DNA from: Bacillota bacterium
GTDB taxonomy: Bacteria; Bacillota; Desulfotomaculia; Desulfotomaculales; Nap2-2B
NCBI GenBank assembly: GCA_040755975.1
Contig: JBFLZY010000040.1
Coordinates: 1,512 to 25,511, forward strand
Direction of reading: 5' to 3'
Length of the DNA: 24,000 nt
A model generated the notes under the pieces. That model had not been told where the DNA came from. It saw nothing but the letters and a program-made list of their open reading frames with translations, and ran no database searches. Shown here in pieces: positions 8,028 through 16,208 of the stretch. Position 1 is the first letter of the stretch. Each line of letters begins with the position of its first letter. Position numbers and translations under genes: made by a program.

Positions 8028-9353
8028 TTACTGCCCACCCGCCTTGATCTCCGGCTGTTTCTTTAGCTTTTCCCCGGTTCTCTCCCCGGATACTTCCAGG
8101 TCGAAAAGGTTTTGCAAAACTTCCGTGTAAAGGTGGCCTTCGGAGGTCAGCGCATACTCCTTGAGCCTGGTGATGGGCGTATGCAAAAGCTGGTTGACGA
8201 GGGAACTGGCCAGTGAACCGATCACCTTTTTATCGTGCGCCGAAAGTTCGCCCAGGCGGTTTATGGCCCGCCGGAGCTCATTTTGCTTGATCAGTTCGGC
8301 CCGCTCTTTCAGCGCCGCAATGGTGGGCACCACGGACTGGACACCCAGCCACTTCATAAACTGGCCCAGTTCCTCCTCGATAATCCCTTCGGCCGCCACA
8401 GCCACCTGCTTGCGCCAGGCCAGGTTTTGATCCACCACGTTTTGCAGATCGTCAATATCGTAAAGGGTGATTCCCGGCAGTTCGCCAATCCGCGGGTCGA
8501 TATCCCTGGGCACGGCGATGTCGATCAGCAGAAGCCGGGCTCCCGGCCGCCTGGCCATCGTCGCCGCCACCTGCGGGTAATGAACCACGTAGTGGGCGGC
8601 GGCGGTGCAGCTGATGACAATGTCGGCGTCCAGCATGCAATCATACAACTGGTCGAATTTGACCGCCCGCCCGCCGAACTGCCGGGCCAGGTTCACAGCC
8701 CGCTCGTACGACCGGTTGGAAACGATCACGCCGGTCACGCCGTTGGCCACCAGATAGCGGGCGGCCAGCTCGCTCATCTTCCCCGCCCCGATGATCAGCA
8801 CCGCCCGCCCCCGCAGTTCCCCCAGGGTCTGCCTGGCCAGTTCCACCGCCGCGTAGCTGATGGAAACCGCGTTCTGGTCGATGCCGGTGGCTTTGCGCAC
8901 CCGCTTGCCCGCCGCGACGGCCTGCTGGAACAGGGTGTTGAGCACCTTATTGGTCGCCCCCTGCGCAAAAGCGAGCTGGTAGGCGTCGCGCACCTGGCCC
9001 AATACCTGCGGCTCTCCCAGCAGCATGGAATCCAGCCCGGCGGATACCCGGAACAGGTGCCGGACGGCATCGTGAAGGGTGTGCACGTAGGTATAATTCT
9101 TAATTTCCGAAATGTCCACCCCAGAAAGGCGGGAAAGGTAATCCCTGACTGCGTTCAAACCTTCGTCCAGTTCCCTGGCCGCCGCGTAAACCTCCGTCCG
9201 GTTGCAGGTAAAAAGAATCACGCAGCCGTCGATGGCCGGGTAGGCGCAGAGGCCGGCCAGAGCTTCCTTCAGCGCCTGTCCGGTAAAAGAAAGGCGCTCG
9301 CGCACTTCAACCGGCGCCGTCCGGTGATTGACCCCCACAACGAGTACCAGCAT
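8028..9353 (-). CDS. hemA: glutamyl-tRNA reductase
   Basis: 441 aa, reading [23 protein letters not shown]...FTCNRTEVY. The NAD(P)-binding motif is [16 protein letters not shown]. Confidence 0.95.
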   Translation of the reverse strand: MLVLVVGVNHRTAPVEVRERLSFTGQALKEALAGLCAYPAIDGCVILFTCNRTEVYAAARELDEGLNAVRDYLSRLSGVDISEIKNYTYVHTLHDAVRHLFRVSAGLDSMLLGEPQVLGQVRDAYQLAFAQGATNKVLNTLFQQAVAAGKRVRKATGIDQNAVSISYAAVELARQTLGELRGRAVLIIGAGKMSELAARYLVANGVTGVIVSNRSYERAVNLARQFGGRAVKFDQLYDCMLDADIVISCTAAAHYVVHYPQVAATMARRPGARLLLIDIAVPRDIDPRIGELPGITLYDIDDLQNVVDQNLAWRKQVAVAAEGIIEEELGQFMKWLGVQSVVPTIAALKERAELIKQNELRRAINRLGELSAHDKKVIGSLASSLVNQLLHTPITRLKEYALTSEGHLYTEVLQNLFDLEVSGERTGEKLKKQPEIKAGGQ

Positions 9354-10056
9354 TATTTAAAACCCGCTCCTTTGCCTCTTTCCAGAGCCCTTTTTGCATC
9401 AACTCCAGGACCTCCCCGTCGAGCAGCCGGCCGAAAAGCGCCTGCCGGGCGCGCAAGTCCTTTATCTCCCGCATTGCCTTTTCCCGGATCCGGCCGAGCA
9501 AACCGGCAAGCTCCCCGTATTCGGGCCCGTACCTTTTGGCCAGTTCCTCGCGGATTTTCCTGGCCAGCAGGGGGCTTTTCCCCCCGGTAGAAACAGCTAT
9601 TTGAAAGGAGTCCCGCGTTACCACGGCCGGCACGTAGAAATTGCCCAGCTCCGGGTTGTCCACAACGTTTACCAGCAGATTGCGCTCGCGGCAGTCCTGT
9701 GCCAGCCGCCGGTTCGTCTCGGGGCAGCTGGTCGCCCCGATGGCCAGAAACACCCCCGCCAGGTCGGCGCAAGCGTACTCCCCCTGCCGGTAGGTAACCA
9801 GGCCCTCCGCGATTAAACGCCGCAGGCGGGGGGTAACCTCCTTGCTCACCAGTTTTACTTTCGCCCCGCTTTTCAACAAAGAAGAAACCTTGCGCTCGGC
9901 GACCGCTCCCCCGCCGACCACCAGGCAGATCTGGTTTTTCAGCTTCAGGGCAACCGGGTAACACCGGGCCGCAAGCCTTTCAGCCATAAGTCTTTTGACT
10001 TCCTCCTCAATATCTCCTTTTCGTCTCTTCGCATATCTGGGCATATCTTCATCCAT
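9307..10056 (-). CDS. sirC: precorrin-2 dehydrogenase / sirohydrochlorin ferrochelatase (SirC/Met8/CysG N-terminal domain type)
   Basis: [39 protein letters not shown] is the Rossmann-type start of this family. The true start may be the internal ATG (MAERLAAR..., 24 codons in). The 3' end overlaps hemA by 47 nt. Confidence 0.8.
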   Translation of the reverse strand: MDEDMPRYAKRRKGDIEEEVKRLMAERLAARCYPVALKLKNQICLVVGGGAVAERKVSSLLKSGAKVKLVSKEVTPRLRRLIAEGLVTYRQGEYACADLAGVFLAIGATSCPETNRRLAQDCRERNLLVNVVDNPELGNFYVPAVVTRDSFQIAVSTGGKSPLLARKIREELAKRYGPEYGELAGLLGRIREKAMREIKDLRARQALFGRLLDGEVLELMQKGLWKEAKERVLNNAGTRCGGQSPDGAG

Positions 10057-10111
10057 ATCTTCACTGATTTTTTCAATTTCTTCGCGCCTGTCTTCATTAA
10101 TTTAATTTCCG

Positions 10112-11098
10112 TTAATATTTCCGCGCGTGGATGTAGTCGGCGACCAGCTCCAGCGTTTTTTTCACCGGTTTGGCGGGCAAAACAGCCAGCGACTGCTTGG
10201 CGCGGGCGATAAACCGCTGCCCGACCCGGGCGGCAAAAGCCACGCCGCCGCATTCTTTGATCAATTCAATGGCTTCGGCAATGCCGTCCTGGCTTTGTTC
10301 CCGCGCGGAAATCAGAGCGTACAGCCGCTCTTTTTTGGGGCTGTGGGTCAGGGCGTAAATTGTCGGCAAAGTGAGAATGCCCTGGCGCAAGTCGCTTCCC
10401 ACGGGCTTGCCCAGCAATTCCTGATCGGCCACCAGATCCAGAATGTCGTCGGTAATTTGAAAAGCCATGCCCAGGTTGTAGCCGTAGCGGCGCAAAGGCT
10501 CGGATATGGCGGCCGGCGCCCCGCAGGCGAGCGCGCCCAGCTGACAGCTGGCGGAAATCAGCAGGGCCGTCTTGCGTTTAATTCGAAAGAAATAATCTTT
10601 TACCGTTTGGCCGAAATCGTAACAGGTAACAATTTGCAGCATTTCCCCCTCGCACATCTTTACGCTGGTGTCGGCCAGCACCCTGCTCATTAACGGTTCT
10701 TCGTAGCGAGAGACAAGGATCAGAGACTTGGCAAACAAGTAATCGCCGATGTGCGTGGAGACCTTGTTCCCCCATAAGGCCTTGACGGTGTCCACGCCCC
10801 GGCGCTTCACGGCCCCGTCCACCACGTCATCGTGGACCAGCGTGGCCATGTGAATTAATTCCAGGGCCATGGCCACGGGCAGGACGCGCTCAAAGGAATA
10901 ATCGGCGTACCGGCCCCCCAGCAGGCTGAAGGCGGGGCGCAGCCTTTTCCCGCCGGCGTTCAGGAGATGGGTGGCGGTTTCGGTAATGAACGGGTCCGGG
11001 GCCTGCAAAAAGTTTCTTAACTCCTGTTCCACAACCTTTAACTCGTTTCGTATTTCGCCGAAAAGCTCCTGCATTCTCCCCGCCCCGTCTGCAAACAC
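10112..11098 (-). CDS. trans-polyprenyl (hepta/octaprenyl-type) diphosphate synthase
   Basis: 328 aa with both aspartate-rich motifs (LVHDDVVDGAVKRRG and FQITDDILD). The start is GTG at 11098 or ATG at 11074. The chain-length assignment cannot be read from the sequence. Confidence 0.85.
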   Translation of the reverse strand: MFADGAGRMQELFGEIRNELKVVEQELRNFLQAPDPFITETATHLLNAGGKRLRPAFSLLGGRYADYSFERVLPVAMALELIHMATLVHDDVVDGAVKRRGVDTVKALWGNKVSTHIGDYLFAKSLILVSRYEEPLMSRVLADTSVKMCEGEMLQIVTCYDFGQTVKDYFFRIKRKTALLISASCQLGALACGAPAAISEPLRRYGYNLGMAFQITDDILDLVADQELLGKPVGSDLRQGILTLPTIYALTHSPKKERLYALISAREQSQDGIAEAIELIKECGGVAFAARVGQRFIARAKQSLAVLPAKPVKKTLELVADYIHARKY

Positions 11099-11131
11099 TT
11101 GCCTCTCCGAGAATATTTCGCCCCAGACACT

Positions 11132-11158
11132 AAAAAATCCTCCCCCCGGAGGGGAAGA
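11132..11158 (-). terminator. intrinsic terminator-like hairpin plus U6 inside the 5' leader region of the operon
   Basis: On the minus strand: tcttcccc tccgg ggggagga followed by tttttt. That is an 8-bp stem with one G-U, a 5-nt loop and a T6 run. No minus-strand gene lies upstream, because the neighbour is divergent. Confidence 0.6.
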
Positions 11159-11307
11159 ATCTTATCTAAATCCAACCTTCCTTAAGCTTATTACATTTCG
11201 GCCGGAAAATCAATGGCAGCAGATGGTTTTTGCGAGGTTGCCAAACTTTTCGGAATGATATAACATAACTTTTAAAAGTTTGCCGGCGGGGAGGTTATCC
11301 AATAATT

Positions 11308-11754
11308 ATGCGCCATTTCCTTTCCTGGGCGGATATGCAGGTAGGGGACACGGTCACTTTTTACCGTACCTTTACGGATGGAGACGTCGCCAATTTCATC
11401 GGCGTTACGGGAGACTTCAACCCCATTCACGTAGATCCGCAGGCCGCCGCCCTTTGCGGCTTCCGCGAACGGGTCGTGCCGGGGCTGCTTACCGGCAGCA
11501 TGATCACCCACGCCGGGGGGACCCTGCTTCCCGAGCCCTACCCGGCCACCAGGATGTCCTTTAAGTTTCTGGCCCCGGTATATATCGGGGAAACCATCTG
11601 CGCCCGGGTCACCGTTGCCGAAAAGGATCCGCAAAAAAACAGGCTGACCCTCCGGATGACCTGCACCAACCAGCAGGGCCGGGTGGTTTTGGAAGGAGAG
11701 GTATCCGGAAAGATTTTCCCCATCTCGCACCAGCGGGAAAACAACAATGCGTAG
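11308..11754 (+). CDS. MaoC-like (R)-specific enoyl-CoA hydratase / hotdog-fold dehydratase
   Basis: 148 aa, reading VGDTVTFYRTFTDGDVANFIGVTGDFNPIHVDPQAA...VVPGLL. This is the typical MaoC dehydratase motif. Confidence 0.8.
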   Translation: MRHFLSWADMQVGDTVTFYRTFTDGDVANFIGVTGDFNPIHVDPQAAALCGFRERVVPGLLTGSMITHAGGTLLPEPYPATRMSFKFLAPVYIGETICARVTVAEKDPQKNRLTLRMTCTNQQGRVVLEGEVSGKIFPISHQRENNNA

Positions 11755-11840
11755 GGCCTATACGTAACGCCGTGCGGACCGCCTATCACCCAAACCTCTG
11801 GAAAATACTTTGCGGGAAAATACACTCGCGCTTGCGGGGC

Positions 11841-11862
11841 GGTTTTCGGAATTATTGATTGG
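11841..11862 (+). repeat. direct repeat copy 1 (ggttttcggaattattgattgg)
   Basis: It matches 12359-12380 (aggtttcggaattattgattag) apart from one indel and one substitution. The two copies bracket the AT-rich islet. Confidence 0.7.
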
Positions 11863-11882
11863 TAAAATAAGCTCAACTCCAG

Positions 11883-12113
11883 TCACTTCAAGGCGACGAT
11901 AACTCCAATTATAGCAATACCTGTACCAACAATTGTCGGGATAAGCCACTTCATGGACGAAACCGAATCAGACAAAGATTTAACACTAATATTTAGGGAA
12001 TTTATTGCTTTAATAACCTCTCCAAAGGTCATGCCTTGTGCATCCATTAAGTTTTCAATATCCTGAGCGGGTATCCCTTGTTGTTTCTTAATTAACCTAT
12101 CAGATAAAAGCAT
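11883..12113 (-). CDS. small hypothetical protein with a single C-terminal transmembrane helix
   Basis: 76 aa. A GGGAGG RBS lies ~10 nt upstream, and a TGgTATAAT extended -10 lies further upstream. The C-terminal hydrophobic stretch is WLIPTIVGTGIAIIGVIVAL. Codon usage is AT-rich, unlike the flanks. No family was recognised. Confidence 0.55.
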   Translation of the reverse strand: MLLSDRLIKKQQGIPAQDIENLMDAQGMTFGEVIKAINSLNISVKSLSDSVSSMKWLIPTIVGTGIAIIGVIVALK

Positions 12114-12277
12114 CTTTTAAATACCTCCCTCTTTATTTAGCTCTAATTATACCAAATAAATGTTCGCCTGAAAAGCAATCCAGAAAAACTTTTTTTTAGT
12201 CACGAAGGGTCAGGATACTGTGTAGGTTGTCTCATCACTGATGATAAGCTCAATTGCATCCTCTTATGAGGAATTAT

Positions 12278-12306
12278 TGGAGCATCCGGCGGGACTTGAA
12301 CCCCAG
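12278..12306 (-). other. tRNA 3'-end-like fragment (T-arm, acceptor strand and CCA), not a complete tRNA
   Basis: The minus strand reads ctggggTTCAAGTcccgccggatgcTCCA. It has a T-loop consensus and a CCA end. The T-stem pairs at only 3 bp, and there is no 5' acceptor strand, D-arm or proper anticodon arm upstream. Confidence 0.35.
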
Positions 12307-12358
12307 CTTTTTCCCTCAAAAGGGAGTTAGAGCCACGAAGGTAATAATAAAGAAACGC

Positions 12359-12380
12359 AGGTTTCGGAATTATTGATTAG
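12359..12380 (+). repeat. direct repeat copy 2 (aggtttcggaattattgattag)
   Basis: See 11841-11862. This copy contributes the -35 hexamer of the selC promoter. Confidence 0.7.
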
Positions 12381-12401
12381 CCGCGGGCAAAGTGCTATAA
12401 T
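12373..12401 (+). promoter_or_regulatory. sigma-A type promoter for tRNA-Sec
   Basis: TTGATT (12373-12378), a 17-nt spacer ending in TGc, then TATAAT (12396-12401). It lies ~60 nt upstream of the tRNA 5' end. Confidence 0.7.
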
Positions 12402-12462
12402 AACTTGTGGGTTCATTCCCAGGCGTTCTTTTTGATGGGCTCTTCCTTGCGGGTTGTTCTTT

Positions 12463-12560
12463 GGGGGTGGATGGGGCCTGGTGGCCCTCCTGGTCTTCAA
12501 AACCAGTCGCGGGGCGGCGCTCCCGTCCCTGGTGAGTTCGATTCTCACCCACTCCCGCCA
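12463..12560 (+). tRNA. selC: tRNA-Sec (anticodon UCA), CCA encoded
   Basis: The 8-bp acceptor stem is GGGGGTGG/CCACTCCC, with a G discriminator and CCA. The D-arm is GGGGCC-TGGT-GGCCCT, a 6-bp stem with a 4-nt loop. The anticodon arm is CTGGT-CTTCAAA-ACCAG, followed by a long GC-rich variable arm. The T-arm is GTGAG-TTCGATT-CTCAC. This is the 8/5 bacterial tRNA-Sec architecture and is colinear with E. coli selC. Confidence 0.85.
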
Positions 12561-12758
12561 TTCCACGAAATTCGGCTCAAAAACCATTACCGCCCCAGGC
12601 GAATTGTTTGAACGAATCGTTCTAAAAGGTTCACAGACCGGCATCATTTTACATTTTATGTAATAAATAATTTAATATTTTCTCCTTCTTTGCTGGAGGG
12701 AAAGTTTGGGAAATGAACATTTTGCTCTTCCGCCCCGGCTTTTTGCGCCGGGGTTTAA

Positions 12759-13713
12759 TTGGAGGTCCACCTGGTCACCGATACCGCCGAAGAGATCCTC
12801 ACCGTTCCGGTAGAGGCGGTGCTGAACAAAACCTCATGTCCCTGGGAGAGCTCGCCCTGGGCGTGGGCCACATGGTGGACTACTCGATCGTCGTCCTGGA
12901 GGCCATCTACCGGCACCGGAAAAAAGGCCGCCCCCCCAAAGAGGCCGTCAAGGAGGGGGCCGCCGAAGTGGGCATGGCGGCGCCGGGCGGGGGTCCTGCT
13001 GGCCGCCGGGGCGGTGCTGGGGGCGAGCCGCTTTCGTTGAGGCCGAAGGCCCCAACGTGATTTACCGGGACGGGCAGTCGCGGGTGGCCTACGTCTACGG
13101 CGACTACGCCGGGCGGGACCTGGGGAGCATCAACCGGGAGATCGCCGGAAAGCTCGCCTCCTTAAACCTCCCCCAGGGCTACTACCTGCGCCAGGGCGGC
13201 CAGCAGGAAGACATGGCCCAGACTTTCCGGTGGCTCTTCATCGCCCTCACCTTGGCCGTGCTGCTGGTCTACATGGTGATGGCCGCCCGGTTCGAATCGC
13301 TCCTCTACCCCTTCATCGTCATGTTTTCCGTGCCCCTTTCCGTAACGGGGGTGAGGGTCATTATGATGGTGGGAATCGTGGTGAACAACGCCATCGTCCT
13401 GGTGGACTACGTGAACACGCTACGGCGCCGGGGGTTCCCCCGGGACGAGGCCATCTTAGAGGCGGGGCCGGTGCGCCTGCGCCCCATCCTGATGACGGCG
13501 CTCACCACCATTTTCGCCCTCTTGCCTTTAAGCCTTGCCCTGGGCGAAAGCTCCGCGGCCCAGGCGGCCATGGCCACCGTGGTCATCGGCGGGCTCATCT
13601 TCTCGACCTTCCTTACCCTGGTGGTGGTGCCGGTGGTCTACACCCTGTTTGACGACCTGGGGCGGGCGGTAACGGACAGAAGAGGCAAAAGGCGGGGTCT
13701 AAAGCAGGCGTAA
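12759..13713 (+). pseudogene. collapsed RND efflux locus: the end of a membrane-fusion protein gene fused to two non-contiguous AcrB-family fragments
   Basis: There are three frames or pieces. EVHLVTDTAEEILTVPVEAV is an MFP C-terminus. NLMSLGELALGVGHMVDYSIVVLEAIYRHRKKGRPPKEAVKEGAAEVGMAA is the AcrB TM4-region motif. 13057-13713 encodes the last ~220 aa of an AcrB-like pump (VVNNAIVLVDYVN...RLRPILMTALTT...) with an internal gap after SVPLSVTG. A normal gene of this family would be about 3 kb. Confidence 0.75.
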
Positions 13714-13811
13714 AAAACATGGAAAAAGAAAATCCTGCAGAAAAAAATTTCCAGCCAAAGAAATCATCAAGGTGCTGATCACCCATTACGCAAAGCCAAT
13801 GACTTAAAACG

Positions 13812-14054
13812 CTAAACCGCTATCTCTACTTTCCTGAGATCTAAAAAAGGCAAAAGCTCCTCTAACAACTTCTTGCTCCGCTTGGAATAATCGAAAATAA
13901 CAACGCCAGATATTCTTTCATCAGTTTCCGAGCGACGAATAAAAACACCGGGATAAATTTCCTCATCATCGCCTGGCACAATCGGAGAAAAAAAAAGGTG
14001 AAGAATATCATGTTTTTCATCATATTTTGCTTTCTGGGGTGATAGCTTTGCCAT
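13812..14054 (-). CDS. DUF2283-like small protein (putative antitoxin-type partner)
   Basis: 80 aa, reading KYDEKHDILHLFFS...GVFIRRSETDERISGVVIFDYS. This fits the DUF2283 pattern (YD.e.D.l.i...g...d.d..G.ivGiei.d.s). It overlaps the upstream ORF by 35 nt. Confidence 0.5.
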   Translation of the reverse strand: MAKLSPQKAKYDEKHDILHLFFSPIVPGDDEEIYPGVFIRRSETDERISGVVIFDYSKRSKKLLEELLPFLDLRKVEIAV

Positions 14055-14394
14055 TGTAAATGATCCCCCCTCGTTCTATTTTTTCCTGTTTTAGATTGCT
14101 CTTAACCTGCCACGAGACAACCTCTTCAGGCCTGGTTGAGGCATCAACCACTACCACCAAAGCCTTTATTTTGCCGGCAAATTCAACAAGGTCAATGTAT
14201 CTGCGCCTGGTAGCAGCAGGATCATCGTAATTATAGTATACATACCTGGGCTTCTGCAATACTTCCGGCACCAAATCAAGGGCTCTAAGACGAGCTTCAC
14301 GGTCCGCCTCGGATTTCTTTGATGAGTAAACATGCATGCTAAAGACGTAATTTGTTAAAACTACTTCATCTCCTTTAAAATCTTTCACAGACAT
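14020..14394 (-). CDS. hypothetical protein, possibly the toxin partner of the DUF2283-like gene
   Basis: 124-aa ORF, AT-rich, with no convincing Shine-Dalgarno and no family recognised with certainty. The only support is the pairing and overlap with the downstream small gene. Confidence 0.4.
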   Translation of the reverse strand: MSVKDFKGDEVVLTNYVFSMHVYSSKKSEADREARLRALDLVPEVLQKPRYVYYNYDDPAATRRRYIDLVEFAGKIKALVVVVDASTRPEEVVSWQVKSNLKQEKIERGGIIYNGKAITPESKI

Positions 14395-14454
14395 ATATAT
14401 TCAGAACGCTTCAATTCGTTCCTGCCCCCAAAAAATAACCTGCTATTAATCTTT

Positions 14455-14637
14455 TGATGCATTCAACTGGATAATGCATTGGTTGCCGGTAGCCAGCAAG
14501 GAGTTCACCCTGGCACTTGAGTCAGGAGCCGCCTAACTTAAGAGCGGCAGCCCGGGGATTTATACGGTTCCTGCCGTTAGTCAGCAGGACGCTGCTGCCG
14601 ACTGTGAGCCGGACGACCCCGCCGCCCTTGATCGGGG
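14455..14637 (-). pseudogene. 3' remnant of a gene for a protein with a copper-amine-oxidase-N-terminal-like (cell-wall-associated) domain
   Basis: The minus strand reads PIKGGGVVRLTVGSSVLLTNGRN.., parallel to LIKGDKVVQLTIGSNVMVINGVG at the C-terminus of the 19866-22055 protein. DNA similarity is visible (gctgctgccgactgtgagc.ggacgacc..gccgcccttgatc versus gttgctgccgatggtgagctgcacgaccttgtcgcccttgatc). The frame is then lost. It abuts the stop codon of the Rpn-type gene. Confidence 0.55.
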
Positions 14638-15705
14638 CTAAGGAGTTTTGTCCAAAGCCCCGTCAATGACGCGCTCCGCTTCGGCAAACGAATCGGCGGC
14701 AAAAATTTCGGTGAGCACGGCGTCCAGTGTTTCCAGGCTGGTCATCCGGCGCACTTTTTCCTGGATCTCGGCAGACTCCACGCCAAACCTTCTGGCCAGG
14801 AATTTGCATATAATTTCCTGCGTTTTTTCGATCTTTCCCTCGATCTTCCCCTCGATCCTGCCTTCAAGCCTGCCTTTTTCGTGCCAGCTGGTGGTGATCT
14901 GCATGATCGCCAAAGCCTCCTTTTGATCCATTTTGTCCAGTTCGCGGTAAAACTCTTCCTCTTCCTGAGCGGTCAGCTTAAGGTAAGTCTCGAAAAAGCC
15001 GCCGATTAATTCCGCGCGCCGGATCGAGCTTAAGGCGGGCCAGCATGCGCATGAACTCCAGCTTGACCTGCACTCTTTCCTCCGGGAGAAGCCCATCTTG
15101 CTTAACAGGGCTGCGGCCACGGGATTGTCGCTGGCCAGGTAGTCCCGCCAGGGGAGTTTTTTGATTTCCAGCTTGTAAAAGCGAAAGCGCAGGACGCTTA
15201 AGAAGGAAAAGCCCAGGTCGAAGCGGTCCGGTTCGTCCCGCAACCGGTCGTAGCTGAAGACGGCAATGGGCAGGATCCGGCGCCGGTATTTTTCGTACAG
15301 GCGGCTGAAATAAATAAACATCCGCTCGTTAAAGTCCTTTTGGACGTACGCCTGGTTTTCCACGTGCACCAGGATTAACCCCGGTTCTTCTTTGAGCCTG
15401 GTCTCCACCAGGATATCGACGGCATGCCTTTCGCCGGCCGTAACGTCGGTAAATACTTCCTGCTGCAAAAAGCGCAGGTGCGTAAAGTCGATCGCCCGGC
15501 TGGCGGCGGGGAAAAACAACTGCATAAATTCGGTGAAAAAGGTTTTCAGCAGTTCCTTGAACAGCCGGTCGTGTCGATCTGCTCCCTGCTCACTCTTTTT
15601 TCGCCGCCCCCGTTTCTTGTCCTGACCCATCGATCCAACCTGTTTTTTAGATTCTAACATTCTTTGGGGAAAGAAACAATAGCCGCGTGCCGCTATAGAG
15701 GACAC
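14638..15705 (-). mobile_element. Rpn-family recombination-promoting nuclease / putative transposase (PD-(D/E)XK N-domain, DUF4351-type C-terminus), probably degenerate
   Basis: HDRLFKELLKTFFTEFMQLFFP...EVFTDVTAGERHAVDILVETRL...LILVHVENQAY...RMFIYFSRLYEKY matches this family, as do the later GGFFETYLKLTAQEEEEF and ITTSWHEKGRLEGRIEGKIEGKIE segments. The likely start is the ATG at 15630. Codons around 15018-15085 appear to be read out of the ancestral frame (see findings). Confidence 0.75.
14829..14876. repeat. 4 x 12-nt imperfect tandem repeat inside the Rpn-type gene
   Basis: The units are cgatctttccct, cgatcttcccct, cgatcctgcctt and caagcctgcctt. They encode the (E/L)G(R/K)I repeats typical of the family. 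Confidence 0.8.
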
Positions 15706-15764
15706 CCGCGCCGGTATAAAATAGAAAAACTTCCGGGCCTCTTTTCAATAGCGGATCAGATCAG

Positions 15765-15840
15765 GCCCCCACCAAGGAGATAGGCGGCGCGTTTTTCGCC
15801 CGCCGTGACGTCGGTAATCACTTCCTGGGGCGAAAAACCG
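15765..15840 (-). pseudogene. short fragment of a second Rpn-type gene
   Basis: 15796-15827 tcgcccgccgtgacgtcggtaatcacttcctg matches 15431-15462 tcgccggccgtaacgtcggtaaatacttcctg at 28/32. The encoded peptide is EVITDVTAGEK versus EVFTDVTAGER in the full copy. Confidence 0.6.
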
Positions 15841-15854
15841 AAATAAAAAATACA

Positions 15855-15883
15855 TTGCAGTACTTGCCTTTTTGATCTATAAT
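15855..15883 (+). promoter_or_regulatory. sigma-A type promoter of the AbrB/PIN module
   Basis: TTGCAG (15855-15860), a 17-nt spacer, then TATAAT (15878-15883). A GAGAGG RBS lies before the TTG at 15909 and the ATG at 15915. Confidence 0.65.
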
Positions 15884-15908
15884 GTAAAAAATTCAGAGAG
15901 GTGAAAAG

Positions 15909-16208
15909 TTGAGAATGTCTGAAATTACGACTGCAAATCGATATAAATATCCTAAGGCAAGGAAAGTACGCGTCTGGGGCAAAGGGCAATTCACAATTCC
16001 CGCGGAAATAAGAGAACGGCTGGGGATAAACGAAGACTCTTATCTGGAGGTTTTCCAGGTAGGAAGGGCCATCATAGCTACACCGGAAAGATTGGCCGTA
16101 AAAGAGCTTGCCGAAAGCGTCCAGAAAGAGATGCACGAGGGCGGCGTTGATCTCCAATGTTTGCTTCGGGAGCTAAGGGAAGGCAACCACGAATATGAAA
16201 CAGACTAA
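15909..16208 (+). CDS. AbrB/MazE/SpoVT-domain antitoxin
   Basis: RVWGKGQFTIPAEIRERLGINEDSYLEVFQVGRAIIATP is a SpoVT-AbrB swapped-hairpin motif. There is a 14-nt overlap with the downstream PIN gene. Confidence 0.75.
   Translation: MRMSEITTANRYKYPKARKVRVWGKGQFTIPAEIRERLGINEDSYLEVFQVGRAIIATPERLAVKELAESVQKEMHEGGVDLQCLLRELREGNHEYETD

Noticed and set aside
8235-9590. 451-aa plus-strand ORF, the longest alternative ORF in the window. Similar long antisense ORFs occur at 7202-7897, 7312-7998, 5036-5623, 3685-4275, 5983-6450 and 19848-20453.
   Set aside because: All lie antisense to genes with unmistakable family signatures (hemA, hemC, ahbD-like, hemB, cobA/hemD, surface protein). Their translations are low-complexity Arg/Pro/Gly-rich strings typical of shadow ORFs in GC-rich DNA.
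12278-12343. Possible complete tRNA on the minus strand next to selC.
   Set aside because: Only the T-loop, 3' acceptor and CCA are recognisable. The T-stem pairs at 3 bp, and no 5' acceptor strand, D-arm or 7-nt anticodon loop could be built. It is kept only as a fragment.
12327-12663. Several 60-106-aa ORFs on both strands around 12327-12663.
   Set aside because: They overlap the tRNA-Sec gene and its promoter or leader. They have no RBS and their sequences are compositionally odd.
12733-12757. A hairpin ccccggc-tttttgc-gccgggg after selC was considered as a possible tRNA terminator.
   Set aside because: It lies 170 nt downstream of the tRNA and is followed only by a tttaatt run. It is too weak to call.
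14829-14876. A short tandem repeat was considered as a possible CRISPR-like or minisatellite array.
   Set aside because: It has 12-nt units without spacers. It lies in frame inside the Rpn-type gene and encodes the family-typical EG(R/K)I repeats.
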